The notes under the pieces were generated by a model that searched no databases, was not told the origin of the DNA, and saw nothing but the letters and a program-made list of their open reading frames with translations. Position numbers and translations under genes: made by a program. Shown here in pieces: positions 28,185-46,834 of a stretch of 64,000 bases of DNA (within the stretch, counting starts at the first letter, position 1; each line of letters opens with the position of its first letter). Origin of the DNA: the human T2T-CHM13v2.0 reference genome, Homo sapiens; assembly GCF_009914755.1 (NCBI RefSeq), contig NC_060929.1; one strand, 5' to 3'.

Positions 28185-28288
28185 TAAACAGGGTCTCGCT
28201 ATGTTGCCCAGGTTGGTCTTCAACTCCTGGGCTCAAGCAATCCTCCAGAGTATCTGGGATTACAGGTATGTAGCACCATGCCTGGCTT
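28185..28288 (-). mobile_element. Alu monomer (FLAM-like) nested in L1
   Basis: cagggtctcgctatgttgcccagg...caccatgcctggc. Confidence 0.85.
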
Positions 28289-28377
28289 TCTTCTTCACTT
28301 TTAAAGGGTGATTTCAAAGGGCACAGAATTTTAGGTTGTTGGGTTTTTTCCTCAACACTAAATATTTTACTCTACTC

Positions 28378-28660
28378 TTTTTGTATTTTCAATTTTTGTG
28401 GATACATACTAGGTGTATATATTAATGGGGTACTTGTGATGTTTTGATACAGGCATACAATGTGTAATAATCACATCATGAAGAATGGGGTATCCATCCC
28501 CTCAAGCATTTATCCCTTGTGTTACAAATAATCAAATTATATTATTTTAGTTATTTTAAAATGCACAATTAAATTATTATTAACTGTGGTCTCCTTGTGC
28601 CATCAAACAGTAGGTCTTATTCGTTTTTTCTACTATATATATTTTTTTGTACCCATCACT
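28378..28660 (-). mobile_element. L1MA2-like 3' end nested in older L1
   Basis: tttttgtggatacatactaggtgtatatatt...gtatccatcccctcaagcattta. Confidence 0.8.
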
Positions 28661-30291
28661 CCACCCTTTTTGCTTGTACTGTTTCTGAGGAAAAATTGGA
28701 TGTAATTATCTTTGCTCCTCTGTAAGTAAGGTGTTTTTTTCACCACTTTGGCATCTTTCAGGATTTGTCTTTATCTTCGATTTTCTGTAATTTGAAGATG
28801 GTATCCTTAAGTGTAGTTTCTTTGGCATTTATCTCTTTTGGTGCTCTGTGAGCTTCCTGGATCTATGGTTTCGTATCTGACATTAATCTGAGGACATTTT
28901 TAGTCACTATTGCTTTACATTTTTTTCCTGTTCTTTTCTCTTTCTTCTTCTACAATTTTTATCACACATACGTTATACCTTTTGTAGTTGTGCCACATTT
29001 CCTCCTGGGTTTTTTGTTTTGTTTTGTTTTGTTTTTGTCTTTGCTTTTCAGTTTTGAAGTTTTCTGTTGAGATATTTTCAAGCTCAGAGGTTCTTTCCTG
29101 AGTTTTGTCCATTCAACGGCATTCTTGATTTCTGTTACAGTGGTTTTTTTGGTCTCTAGCATTTCTTTTGGTTATTTCTTAGATCTCTCTTCTTGTACTT
29201 CCCATCTGTTATTGCTGTCTTCTTATCCCTTAGAGCCCTTAGCATATTAATCACAGTTGTTTTAAATTCCTGATCTTATGATTCCAACATCCCTGCCATA
29301 GCTGTGTTTGGTTCTGATGCTTGTTCTGTCCTCTTCAAACTCTGTGTTTTTATGTTGGGAGAAGAGAAGTGTTCTGTTGTCCTATGATTAGGTATCACTT
29401 TTTTAGTAAGCCTGTGCCTCTTGACTGTGAATTTCACAAGTGCTTCTCAGTTTTTTTATCCTTCTCCAGTTGGACAGATGGCTAGAGTGAGCTGGAGTTG
29501 GGTATTTTCTTTCTCCCACCTGGAAGGCTAGTGCCAACTGGAGTTGGATATTTTCCTTCCTGTAAGTCAGTTAGGCTCTGATAGAACTCCAACAGGTTAA
29601 GCTCTGTTTAAATAGTTTCCTCTATGGGCAGACCTTGGTAAGAAGCACAGAGTGATCCGGCATATTTTAAAAATGGCGTGTCCTTTCCTTTGCTGGAAGC
29701 ATGAGTGGATTTTTCTCCAGTATTCACTGTGAGAACCAGATCAAGTTTCTGGAGGTTAAACTCAACAGAAGTGAGGAGCCTCCTTATGGCTGGGTGCCCC
29801 TGCATTTTTCAGTTTTTACAGTTGTCCACACTGACTCCAGCAATTAATTGCTGTTTAAGTTTTCTTACACTGGCACTAGCTCCCATGGAGGTTTCTACTT
29901 CTGGGTTTCTACTCCAATAAGTTACAATTCTCTGTATTTACATCTGTCTCTCCAATCTGGGGGGCAATGGTTTACCCTATGACTTGACTTCTCTTATGGA
30001 TCCGAGAAGAATCGTTGATTTTTCAGTTTGTTGAGATTTGTATTTGTTGTTAGGATGAAATGGTGACTTCCAAGCTTCTTACATGCCAGACCAGAAACCA
30101 GAAATCCCAGCTTAATGTCACAGACTGACATGGACTGCACTGCAGCATTAAAGAGAATAAGAAGTTGTCGTTGGGTTTTAAGTCTGTGAAACAAAGTAAG
30201 GTTTTTAATTTATCCAAAGTTACACACCCTGCAAGTGACACAGGTGGGAATAGAATCTAAATATTTGGACTCCCAATTAAATTATCTTTCT

Positions 30292-32709
<2,418 letters not shown>

Positions 32710-33934
32710 TTAAATTATCTTTCTATTTCACTAAATTCCACTTTTCTGAAAGGTGATATGAATGGTTCATATAGGGAAATATTACAGTGAGGCTTGTTAT
32801 TGTTTGTAATACCATATTCATTTAGATGTTTTCTCCATCCTCCTTTTTTTTTCTTTTTTTACCTTCTTTATAATTTTCCTTTTAGTTCTGGTTCCTGATG
32901 GTACTGAATATTAAGAAGATTATCTGCCATTTTTGAGGAGGAAATATCTAATAGTATAATCTTTTTCCTCTATGTTACAGGCAGAAGTATAACTGCAGCA
33001 GCAATCTGCCTTTCCCCTTTATTTGAATTTACAGAATATGTTAAAATCAATAATAAGATGCAAATAAAAAATCACTCATTGACACTTAATATGCTGAATA
33101 CAAATTCAGCACCATAATTAAATTGCAAAGTTTAACATTATACTCCATTTTGATATTAATATTTGATCTTGCAATGAATGTCTGCTTGTCAACCTTTTAT
33201 TTACTGTGGAGGTCGTGGTATACGGTATTAAAGAAGACATTCAACTAGAGCTCAATTTTTCTGATGAGCTCCCAGGTTCCCATCGCAATTTTAGACAACA
33301 CATGCTGTTTTACTGGAAGAGTATCTAAAGGATATAGTCTGATCACTCTCTACCTCCCATGGTAAACCTTCTGTTTGTTTTTTGAATTTGGTAGTTAAAG
33401 GTGCATGATAAAACTTGCCATCTCTGTTAGATGCTGCTAAATGAGACTAGTAAAATGACTGCCAAGCTCCAGCCGCTCTTTATTTTATTGCTTTAAACAT
33501 AGATTTCCTAGATGGTCATGATCTGGTTTGTCCAAATCCACCTTAACTCTTAAAGCAATAATAAATATAAATTTTAAATTCTAAATGAAAGAGAGGAAGG
33601 GGTCTCTTCATAAGTGAAAACATTCCTTAAACAAATGAAAGCAAACAGAATTTTTTTCATGGACCTGTATTTTCATTTTTCTGACCATTATACGATTTTC
33701 CTAGCAATATAAAAGAATTCTGCAGTCCCTCCCTATTTAGTTGTTGGAAGAGAAAAATACATTAAATCTTAATTAGTATACTACCTATAGTAGCATCTGG
33801 TGTTACTGAATTTTTACCATCTTCTGAAAGCAGTAATCATTCTTTACCTGGAGGAAAAGATTCCAGTAATCTGTTTTATTAGGAAACTTTTCTAGCCTTC
33901 CTTTCAGTTACGGGATTTATTGAAAACTACCTCA

Positions 33935-34077
33935 TATACATATGCACATATACCCATATATGCATATGTATATATACATGTGTGAATACATATATGGCTA
34001 TAGATCTGTGTGTATGTACACATATAGACACGTGTGTATGTTTTTGTGTGTATATGTTTTTATGTGTATCTGTATGT
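33935..34077. repeat. Low-complexity (TA/CA/TG)n tract
   Basis: Alternating purine-pyrimidine run. Confidence 0.8.
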
Positions 34078-34749
34078 TCCTTTCTAAATAGCATTCTATT
34101 TCATACCTTGGAAAAATATAAAATTAAAAAATGAGGTCAAGATGGCGCCTTTTAAGAAATAAGTTGTTATAACAGTTCCTTTCAGCTTCACATCATAAGT
34201 GTTAAGAACACTTGAGTATTTTTAATGTAAACATATTTTAGCATCTATTTGATTTTTACTTTATTTTCTTGATACTTTCAGATATATATTTGCTTTACAT
34301 TATTCTCAGGGTTTCTTATTTCCCGAAAACACTTTGAATCATTTCCACTGATTCTTTTTCCTCCCTTGTTAGTTTACATGTATCATTTGTATGATAGTGT
34401 CTGGAAGTAAAAGGGCACTTGAGAAACAAAGTTGAATAAAATTTCATCATACTTAATTCTGAAAATTGTTTTCTGAAATTATTAGCTCACTGCTGAAATA
34501 TCTTCAGATCAAACGTTCAGAACATCAGCTCCCAAGGAGCTTCATATTTAGTTTATGGTGGGGTATGATTGTGTATTTCACAAAATTCATGAAGGAAATT
34601 TGTACAAATTTATTATGGATTTTAGGCCAGCGGAACTGTTTAAACTTCCTACTCTATTTGTTCCATTGAGTAGCCTTAGAGTTGAAACAGCAGTTTCCAT
34701 TTTTCTCATGGGTAGATCAACCCATATGCACATTTATCATTGATTTCTA

Positions 34750-35114
<365 letters not shown>

Positions 35115-35854
35115 TTAAAGGAGGGAGAATATTCTTGGAGAATATAATTGGTGAAATAAAAATACAATTCATATGTACTCTATGGAAGATAAACTGCAAT
35201 AAGCAAACCTCTTTGGCAGATTTTAAAATCAGAAATATATTCCAGCCAGTGTGGGATATTCAATCTAATTTCCTTTGAGAACCTGATTCTGTTGGATTGG
35301 TAGGCATTAGGAAGCAACAGCTCTTCTCTCTCCATCTCCTCAAAAAATTGTAAACGGAAATGTTGTATGAAAAAAACTTCAAAGATACATTCTAATTTTT
35401 TTCTTTTGCTATTTTAATAGGCTTTTTTATTTTTTAAGAACTGAGGTTAGTGAACATGTGAGAGAATCTGAAGTACTTTTCATATGTTTTTGTCCTTGAA
35501 CTGAGTTATTTGAATCTGGCAAATTTCTCTATTAATAATTACAATTATTATATCACTATGTCAGTATGTGTGTTATATTCAATCTAGAATATTTGCTCTT
35601 TTTACTCCCATGGTTTTGAAATAAGCATATAGGCATTTAATTTTTAGGAGTTATAAATGTCCAATAGCTATGTTTTATATCAATATGAACTGCATTGTGT
35701 TTTATTACTAATAGTTTAGATAAATCTGTATATCCAAATTGTGAACCACTGAAATGAATAATTCCCTTTCTTAGAGAAGGACATGAATATAGTGAGAGAT
35801 CTGTTACTTTCTGGATTCTTCTTTTTGGTCCTTCAAGAAGTTGTACAAAGATAA

Positions 35855-36231
<377 letters not shown>

Positions 36232-36294
36232 AAAAATCAGTATTTTCTCTGTATCACACTCCCAACCTTTAACATTGCCTCCCATTCTTTCTTT

Positions 36295-36600
36295 TGGCTG
36301 TTATTTAATGAGAGACTACTATGGGTAGGACATTGTGTTAATCTCTGGGAATAAGAGACCTTCATATTCCTGCTATTATGGAGTTGCGGTTTAGTAGAGA
36401 TGGTAGGTAAGAACATGGGCTCCTGAATTGCAATGCCTGGGTTCTGTTCTTGGTTGTGGTTGTACTGCTTACTAGAAAAGTTGAAGAAATCACTTCATTA
36501 TTTGTTTGAGTTTCCTTCTTGCTGAAATAAATATAACTCTATCTTAAATAAGATAATGTATGGGTTAAACAATGCATGTAAAACATTTGGCACTGATGTT
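36295..36600. mobile_element. L2 end (-) followed by MIR (+)
   Basis: ttatttaatgagagactactatgggtagg; ggtaagaacatgggctcctgaattgcaatgcctgggttc. Confidence 0.6.
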
Positions 36601-38284
36601 AGAAAAGGGAACATACAGGTTAGTATCTCTAACCATGTTGTAAAAGTGATTTGACCAGCTGTATTCAGTTATAAACATTTTATTGCACTTTTGGAGCCTT
36701 TTCCAAGTCCTGTGTAACCTTTGGAATACCCTCTGTTCACCTCCCCCCACCAAAAAGGCTCCTGTAAGTCCATCACTTCTTGGAAGCTTCCTCATTTAAC
36801 ATCCCCTGTCTAGCCATTCCTATACATGAAGCAGACACGACTCCTTGGTATGCACTGTGCAGTAATGAACAGTTATTCCCTCCTTGTACATGTTGCTAAT
36901 GTGGATTATTTATTTGAATTCTGACTCTTTGGGATCCCTTTGTTTATAATTTTAAGTTCTTAGAAGGATAGGGACCACAGTAATCTACCTTGGTCTATGT
37001 GACACTTGCACCTTTAGTATTCAATAATTGAAACACATAAAAGTGATTTCAGTGGAGGTGAGCACAAGCTTCCTTTTTTCACTGTGTGAATAGACATAGA
37101 GGTGACCACACGTTTTTTCTTGTCTTGCTTTTTCACTAAGCTTTCTCTGTGATTGAGAACAAACAGGGAAGTCTGAACGGTTCCCTGTTATTTTATCTTT
37201 TGGATGTAGAGGCATACATACAAATTTCTGTTGAATGCTTTGTAAGGGTTACCTCATTTATTCTTAAACTTTTACACAGTTACTGCTGTGTATTTATGGG
37301 ATGCAGGTACTGTTTATCCATTGTAATTATAGTTCGTTTGTTAGACCAAACATTGGGAAAATCTTTTCTTGTGAATGGTGATTTTCTAAATTTTTACTTT
37401 TGTTTTTTATTTGCCAGATTCTGTCTCTCTTTTCTTTGTTCTTGGTGTACTAATCTGATTCCTCTTCCATGGCTATTCCACTTTTTCCAAGTCTTACCCT
37501 AAAGCCTTTTAAAGCGATACGTTTAGATCAACTTTTTTTTTCTTTTTGTTTGTAGTTTGCACATTATATGCTGTACTTTGACTAATTTAATAATTTTTTC
37601 TTATAATTCCATGTGGAAATTTTAATTTTAGTTTTGTTTTCCCCTGACCTTTATAAAAACAAGAGATTAAGTGTAATATTTTCTACTTACTGCTTCAGGC
37701 TTTGTAAATTTGGCACTTAATGGTTTCATTGTTTTAGAACAGAAAAGATTATCTTAACTGACCACTAACAACATAGTTGCCAGTTTGGCGCACCAAATCT
37801 GTAGTTAATACTGATTTCAAAATAGTGTTTCTTGGCAAATCACAACCAAAAGCTTAGAATATTCTGTATGACTTTTAGTTCTAAAGTACCTTGCAAGTAT
37901 TACTGTTAATCTCATTTTGTAGCAGAAATAATAGACCAGGAGCATTAAAAGGACGTATTTGTTTATTCATATGGCTAGTATGTGTGGTACTACTGAACTG
38001 AACCCATGCTTCTGCCTAGTTAAATGGTCTCAAAACACTAAGAAAAAAAGCCAACGTATAAAATTCAATAGCGGTTAGTAGCAAGGAATGAGTGTTATCT
38101 GAAGTCATAGCGTGCTTGTTAAAGTATTTTCAATTAACTTTCTCCACGCGTCTCTTAAATATATGTTTTTGTATATATTTACAGTTTTTTTGGACAGATC
38201 TATTTGGCAGTCTTCTTTAAGATATTGTCAGCTACTCATTCACAAGAATGGTGACATCTTAATTTTAAAAAACATTTTATATAG

Positions 38285-38678
38285 TTACTCTCTTTATTCT
38301 GGTGCAATAATAATACTACACACTGGGTAAATTGTAAAGAATAGAGATTTATTTGACCCATAGTTCTGAAGGCTGAGAAATCTGAGAGCAGGATGCTGGC
38401 ATCTGGTAAGGGCCTTCTTGCTGCATCATTATGTGGCAGAAGGCATCACATGAAGAGGAGTTGTGCTTAGAAGACAGAGAAAAAATCGGGGCCAAACTTA
38501 TTCTTTTTATAACTACCTACTTCCTTGATAACTAACTCACTCCTGCAATAACAGTCTTAATCCATTCACAAGGGTGGTATCCACCTGACCTAATCACCTC
38601 CTAAAGGTCTGACCTCTCAATACATTTGCAATGGCAATTAAATTTCAATGTGAGTTTTTGAGGAGACAAACCATAGCA
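38285..38678 (-). mobile_element. MST (C/D-like) MaLR solo LTR
   Basis: ctggcatctggtaagggccttcttgctgcatc...gaggagacaaaccatagca. Confidence 0.85.
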
Positions 38679-39606
38679 GTTATGTATTTTGTTAAACTTA
38701 AGCATTTTATTCTGTTAAATTATGTATGTATTTATATATATATATACATATATATACACGCAAGCACACATATACAGGCATACTTATGTGTTTATATGTG
38801 TGTTTATAGATCTTTTTCTTAGGAAGATAATTATATTTTAAAAGTCATTGATGGTAGGGATGATAGCAGAGGAAGTTGTGAAATACAATCTAAGTAATAT
38901 TATAGAGCATACGTTCAGTATTTTGAAAACTGCTCAATAAGGGTATATTTGTTGACAAGTAATAGATCACATTACAAACTTACTATTAGACATTGTTTAT
39001 CTAGTCAGCATTTATGAATAGTCTGTGGTGATCTGTGTGTTTATATTCCACATACAGTCTATCAACAAATCCTGTCATTTCTACTTTCAGAATATATGCT
39101 AAATGCAACCACTTCTTACTACCTTTATCACTGCCACCTTATTTCAAAACCAGGTTTTACTTATTTACTATACGATCTTGTCCAAGTGTTTATAGTGTTA
39201 GGATTTTTCTTTTCACAATCATTCGTCATAGGTAAAGAACTTATTTTTCTCTCACATGGTACATTAAAAATAGAAGCAAGCAAGTAATTGTCTTTAAAAA
39301 TTTTTTGCTTTGCCTATTATTATTCCTCTAGAAAAGATAATAATAATACATAGTTACAAGAACATTTACATTGAAGAAGGTGACTTAATATTTGAAATTA
39401 TTGTGTTTAATATTATTTCGGTTTTTATTAATGCTTGGTATATTTTGTTAATAATTTAAATATTGCTAAATTTTGGAAAAAATTACAATGGAATCATTAT
39501 ATTAGAGTTCTTCAGAGAAATTCAACCAATAAGGGATGGTTATATCTCTATATAATTATGTTTATGTGTGTGTTTATGTATATGTATGTATATTTGTATG
39601 TATATG

Positions 39607-39992
39607 CAGTCATGCATCACTTAATGACAGGGATACATTCTAAGAAATGTGTTGTTAGGCAATCTGATCCCTGTGCAAACATCATAGAGTATACTTACAC
39701 AAACCTAGATGGTATAGCCTACTACACAGCTATGCTATATCATATAGCCTGTTACTCTAAGACTGTAAACCTATACAGCATGTTACTGTGCTGAATACTA
39801 TAGGCAATTGTAAAACAGTGGTAAGTATTTGTATATTTAAACATAGAAAAGGTAATGGGTTGCACTACCACATTATGATGGCTACAGCATCACTAGGCCA
39901 TAGGAAATTTTGGTTCTATTTTAATCTTATGGGGCCACCATTGTATGTGCAGTTCATCATTGACCAAAACATCATTATTCAGTGCATGACTA
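39607..39992. mobile_element. Tigger3-family (MER7) non-autonomous DNA transposon
   Basis: TIR-like ends cagtcatgc / gcatgacta within a TA-rich tract; typical internal cacaaacctagatggtatagcctactacac. Confidence 0.9.
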
Positions 39993-40289
39993 TATATATA
40001 TTTGTCACTTATTAGCACATTAATATGGATTTGTATAAATAAATTTCTAGTAACGCTCAAATAACATACATGGATGCATTTTCAATTGCTTCTCAAATAT
40101 ATGGAGTATTTTAAATAAGTAGATTCCAAAAAGCAAAACAAGTTTAATAAATGTCTATTTGCAGCTACATTACACACTCATACACACACATGCACACGCA
40201 CACTCTCTCACAGAGGCAGTCAACTGTTCATGAAATATTAAGATTATATTTTACAATGATATTTAAAACTTGAAACATACATACAAAAC

Positions 40290-40490
40290 AATGAAGTGTG
40301 ATAGCTAACAGCACAGACTTGGATCAGATAGAATGACATTTGACTTCCAGCTCTGACTTTCTGAGCCTTGGTTTTCTTATGTGTCAAGTAATGATAATAC
40401 CTGTTTCTTTGTGTTGATTAAATGAGAATATATGTAAACTACTTGCCATGGTGCCCTGTACACATCATACACAGTAAACTATTACCATCT
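40290..40490 (+). mobile_element. MIR
   Basis: ctgagccttggttttcttatgtgtcaagtaatgataatacc...attaaatgagaatatatgtaaa. Confidence 0.7.
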
Positions 40491-40907
40491 GTATTTTAAT
40501 TCTTAATTCCTTCCCCTGAACACAACTTGATAAATATTCTTTAGGTTTCTGTTCCTCCTTTCAAAAGTTGATTTAATTCATAATGTAACTTAGCGTAATA
40601 TAAATAATACCATAGAAATAACCATCTGTAGCAGTGGTTTGATGGGAAAATACAGTCACAGCTACAATTTGATAAGCCAGGAACTGTATTTTTCCCTCCT
40701 GAAGTTATAAAAGTAGAAGTAGTAATCCTCTCTCCAGGCATCCTTTTATCTTTTGAAGAATAGAAGTAAATATATCTACATATCCAAGCCAGTGGTAGTC
40801 CTTCTGTATTGGGGCTTTTTGCAGAGGATTGGGGCTTTTTGCAGAGCAGGCCTGCAAGGGGAATGAATATCAGAAATGAGGTTCCAGTGACAGAAGGTAC
40901 TGAAATG

Positions 40908-40908
<1 letters not shown>

Positions 40909-40956
<48 letters not shown>
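40909..40956. repeat. (TG)24 microsatellite
   Basis: Perfect dinucleotide run. Confidence 0.98.
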
Positions 40957-40960
<4 letters not shown>

Positions 40961-43876
40961 GAATGTGAGGGGGGTTGGATAGGTTCATGTGGGTGTAAAG
41001 TGAAGAGATAGGCCAGGGTGATAGATGTATAGAACTTCTGATTTTAAAATAAGCATGTAAGCTGTATACTATTTAATGAAATTACTATTGACATTTTATT
41101 GAAGTTAAATAATGAATTCATCACATTTTATGAGACCAACTTTAAGAAAACTAGCTGGATTTTTAATGGTTTGCTTCAACTTAATAGTGGTATATAACTT
41201 AGTACAAACATCGAAGGCTATCAGAAAATGTATGTTAGAATTTTAATGATTATAGAAACTGTGGAATATTCTGTATATATCTGACACTTAAAATTACTTG
41301 TTCTGGGGTATCCATAATAAAATTTATGTCATGTGGTTTTTTGGGTCAGTATTTTCAGGTATAAGCCTGGTGTGTAACAGTGAATGCTCTTAGAAGATTG
41401 GGTCTGTATCTTTTGTCTCTGTAAATTACACAATGATAGGAAGTTAATATGTTAGGGATTTAATAAGTATGTTAATGATTATCTATAAAGATAATATGCT
41501 TTATTTTTTGATTGGTTTGTCATATTTTATTGGCCTGCTTTCTGCTAGAATACCATTATGATATAACTTGCCAAGGAGCCCTAGGGTATGAAAAAACAGT
41601 CTTCCCTTTTTAATTATGAGAAGTTCAGAGACCTTCTGAATATATTAATGATTACTACTAAAGCAATTCTTAATAATTTTTCCACTAATATGAGTTGTAA
41701 AGATGCCAGACTCAAACAGATGTGAATACTAGGCTCCCTTGCTAGTTGAGTTCTTGTTACTTCACATCAGTCTTACAGCTTTCTGTTAGTGTGAGTCACA
41801 TGTGGGTCTCAGCAAAATGATAAATTAGCATAGACCCTGGACCTCTGGGTCATGGTAAAAATAATCACTGAATATTAAGGATCTGTGTAAAGATTCTTAA
41901 CCTGTATAGGGTCTGTGTTCAGAAGATCTGTGAAACTCCTGAAATTGTCTGCCACATTTTGTGTATACGTGCATACACATTTTTTCTGTGAAGGATATAT
42001 GAGTATTTTCAAGTCTGTAACCCATGAAAGGTTAAGGACCAACGGATTTATAACCTGTTCAGAAGTCTTTTACATTGAGTTACCATTTGCCATCTCATTT
42101 CCTCACTAATTGCATATTAGTGAGGAAAAACTTAGATACCATATATTTTTTTATTAGTCTTATTTTAATTTTCCAGAAAATTTGTGACCTTTTCATAATA
42201 CAGTGTTATTTCTTCTTTATGTGATTCGTATTTTAGTACAAATACCATGTTAAGGTGCTTGATAAAATGTGAATGATTTATGAAATTTTACTTATATACC
42301 CAAATTTGTTGTTAAAAGGGACAAAAAGGAATTTTTTTGTATTTTACATTCAGTCCTTTTCATGGAATAGAATATTTTAAAACAACTTTGGCTTGAATTT
42401 TTAATTATCATATTTAGAAATCCTGCTTTTATGAAAATACAGAACCCTCACTCTGTGGCTTACAGACAATAGTAGTATATTATGTAGGGTAGCCTAAACA
42501 ATGGTTGATTATTGTGTTTGTGTATATTTCATTCTCTCTGAATTGGACTTGAGAGGCAAACTTTGTCTTTAAACCTTTAGCTGTTGCTTTCTGGACCTTT
42601 GTATTGCCTAAGGGATGCAAACTTCTTGGAAAGTAGAACCATAAAGTTGTAAATGAACAAGGGAAGAAATAGAAAATATAATTTTTGTCTTCATTAATGT
42701 TTCTAAAGTAGACAGTAATTTCACAATTACAGTATCCACTCTCATGAAATTTACTAACTACATTAATGAGCAAATGTGAAGCTGTTTTGCTAATGTGGAA
42801 ATTAAATTTTTTAAAACAAAACTTTTTTATTCTGTCACCAAAGAAAGAAGCACATTGGTTATGTTAATAAAAATAATAGAATAAACAGTCATTCATTGGA
42901 TGTTTAATTGTTACAGGCACTTTTACATATTACCTTACTGGATCTTAACCACTGTAAGCATTAAATGGTATTGCCATTTTGATGAGGAAACTAAAACATG
43001 TAGAAGTTTCTTCAAGGTGTTCTATGTGACCTTCAAAACCAGGCAATTAATGGGTGCTTAATATTTGTTAAATTGAATTGCATTGAAATCTCTTTTTACT
43101 CTGATCTTTTCATTAGTATTATCATTTTTTCATTTATCTGCGGTTAAATTATGGCCTCAATTTTGGGACTCCAGGCCTCAGTATACATTAACATAGGAAA
43201 TATACCCATTTAAATGTCTGCTACATTGTTTCCTGCAGTGATTCTTCTTTTTATAATCAAAGCAGTGTGTAGCAAGCTTTTATCATAATATTTTGGAAAA
43301 ATACGATCTCTTTTATAATCCTAACTGTTAGCTAAGTGAAGCAGATTTTCTATACTTTCATTCCCACTTATTAGTCACAAATTATGGGGCTGGAGATGAG
43401 TTGAGATATTGGAGGTCTTTTCTCCCCAGCCTTCTATGCAAATAGAGGATTTTCATTTTTTCTTAATAGTTTGTGGTGTTTTTCCTAAAAAGTAATCCTT
43501 AATATAGTTTTTACCCATATTGGTTTAGTTTCTTTTGAGAGAAAATATATTTTATTGATATATAATAATTATACTTTTGGTATCTCTCATTTTAAGGTAT
43601 TAGCCTCATTTTTAAATAGTGTTTGAATCGGCAAATGGGTAAAAAATTTGGGTGTTATGGAATATAAGAAAAAGAAATGAATAGTTGTATAGTCAACATT
43701 TTATACAGATGTAAGTATATAAAGTTTATATCAAAGAAAATACTTCAAAATATTTTAAGTATTATAGCTAGTATTGATGCAGTATGGTCAAATTCATTTA
43801 GTGAGGGAGTCATTACTGCTACATCTAGCTTTTATAAAATTTGAAAAATTCATGAATATTATATTAAATATTTTAC

Positions 43877-44196
<320 letters not shown>

Positions 44197-44955
44197 TTAA
44201 AAATAAATAGCATTTTCTCCTCTTCTCATTTGTTTATACTTTTAATATGTTCTGTTTACTTGTAATCAATGTGGAGTCTTCTTTTAAAAAAAAAATAACA
44301 TTGCTGTTGTGAAGAAAATTTGCAGATGAATATTGGAAAATATACTGAATACCTAGAAGGAAAATAATGTTTTTTGTCCTTCTTAATATAGAGGTCAAAA
44401 TAGAAAAGCTATTTCTAAAGTTGCCATTCGTGGGAAAGGAAAGGCCTTATCATTTATAGAATTTGATATCAGGGAACAGTTGTTCTGAAGTAAAACAATC
44501 CAGACCATTACCACATTGATAATTTTCTCCAATTAGACAGATTAGAGGTTTAATCCTAAAAGAACCCCAGTATCCAATATTTTTGCCTACATCTTTAACA
44601 TTAAGGAAATCCTGTTTTTAAATTTATATTTTTAACCATTACACAAGATCTTTATTATTGGAAAAAGGACAGACGCAAATTAATCAGAAAATTTCTCATT
44701 GAGGAAGATTGAGTTTTTAAATGTATGTTAACAAAAGGTAGAAAAACTCATCACACTTAGCATGTATACAGTACTTATATGGACTAGAAAGTTTGTTCTT
44801 GTGCTTTCAGTAGAAGCATAAAACAAATCTGATGTTGTCATAGAGATAGTTTCATAATAGGTTATGTTTTTGTACAAGTCCCATATTTTCACTAGAACTA
44901 TTACAAACATTACAGTCATCAGCAGATGTTACACATGTCTAGCATAGAAATTTCT

Positions 44956-45265
44956 TTTTTTGTTTTTGTTGTTTGTTTGTTTGAGACGGAGTCTTGCTCT
45001 GTCACCAGGCTGGAGTTCAGTGGCGCGATCTCGGCTCACTGCAACCTGTGCCTCCCGGAGGTTCAAGCAGTTCCCCTGCCTCAGCCTCCCGAGTAGCTGG
45101 GACTACAGGTGTGCGCCACCACGCCCAGCTTATTTTTGCATTTTTAGTAGAGATGGGGAATTTCACCATGTTGGCCAGGATGGTCTCTATCTCTTGACCT
45201 CATGATCTGCCTGCCTTAGGCTCCCAAAGTGCTGGGATTACAGGCGTGAGCCACTGCACCGGGCC
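44956..45265 (-). mobile_element. AluSc-like with 17-bp TSD
   Basis: TSD ctagcatagaaatttct at 44939-44955 and 45266-45282. Confidence 0.97.
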
Positions 45266-45626
45266 CTAGCATAGAAATTTCTAAAGTGGATATAAATTAA
45301 TCATATCAATTCTAAATTACAGTTTAGTTAACATTTTTTAACCTGTTCTTCAGTTATTACACTGTATTTTTAGTCCAAAAAAAGATGAAAGGATTTATCA
45401 GGATGTTTTGAGGGGATAGATTTTTAAATAGGTCATTTTGAAGATACTTTTGAGTAGACATAGTCATTACATAGTCATTAAAAAACCAGAGCTTTACATA
45501 TTTTTATAAAATAATTTTTAAATTCTAAAAGTAATAAATGACCTTAGGGAAGATTTGGAAAATACAAACAAGTATGAAGAAGAAAAAAAAAAGTCCCCGC
45601 AATCCCACTGTGCAAATCAACCACTC

Positions 45627-46834
<1,208 letters not shown>

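Larger units (their letters stand above)
26770..30105 (-). mobile_element. Old L1 (L1MC1-like 3' end joined to L1M 5'/ORF1 region)
   Basis: cagagcagtgttaggttcacagtaaaactg L1MC1 terminus; ORF2 remnant to ~27940; ORF1 coiled-coil remnant (MLETKKTTVTEIKNA) ~28915-29160. Confidence 0.8.

Noticed and set aside
37162-37189. 9-bp inverted repeat aacagggaa/ttccctgtt
   Set aside because: Short enough to be expected by chance in 64 kb
37149-37502. 117-aa hydrophobic ORF
   Set aside because: GTG start, T-rich composition, no recognisable domain or clear splice signals
44960-45205. Alu-derived ORFs (also 34923, 35955, 50963, 51138)
   Set aside because: Typical spurious Alu translations
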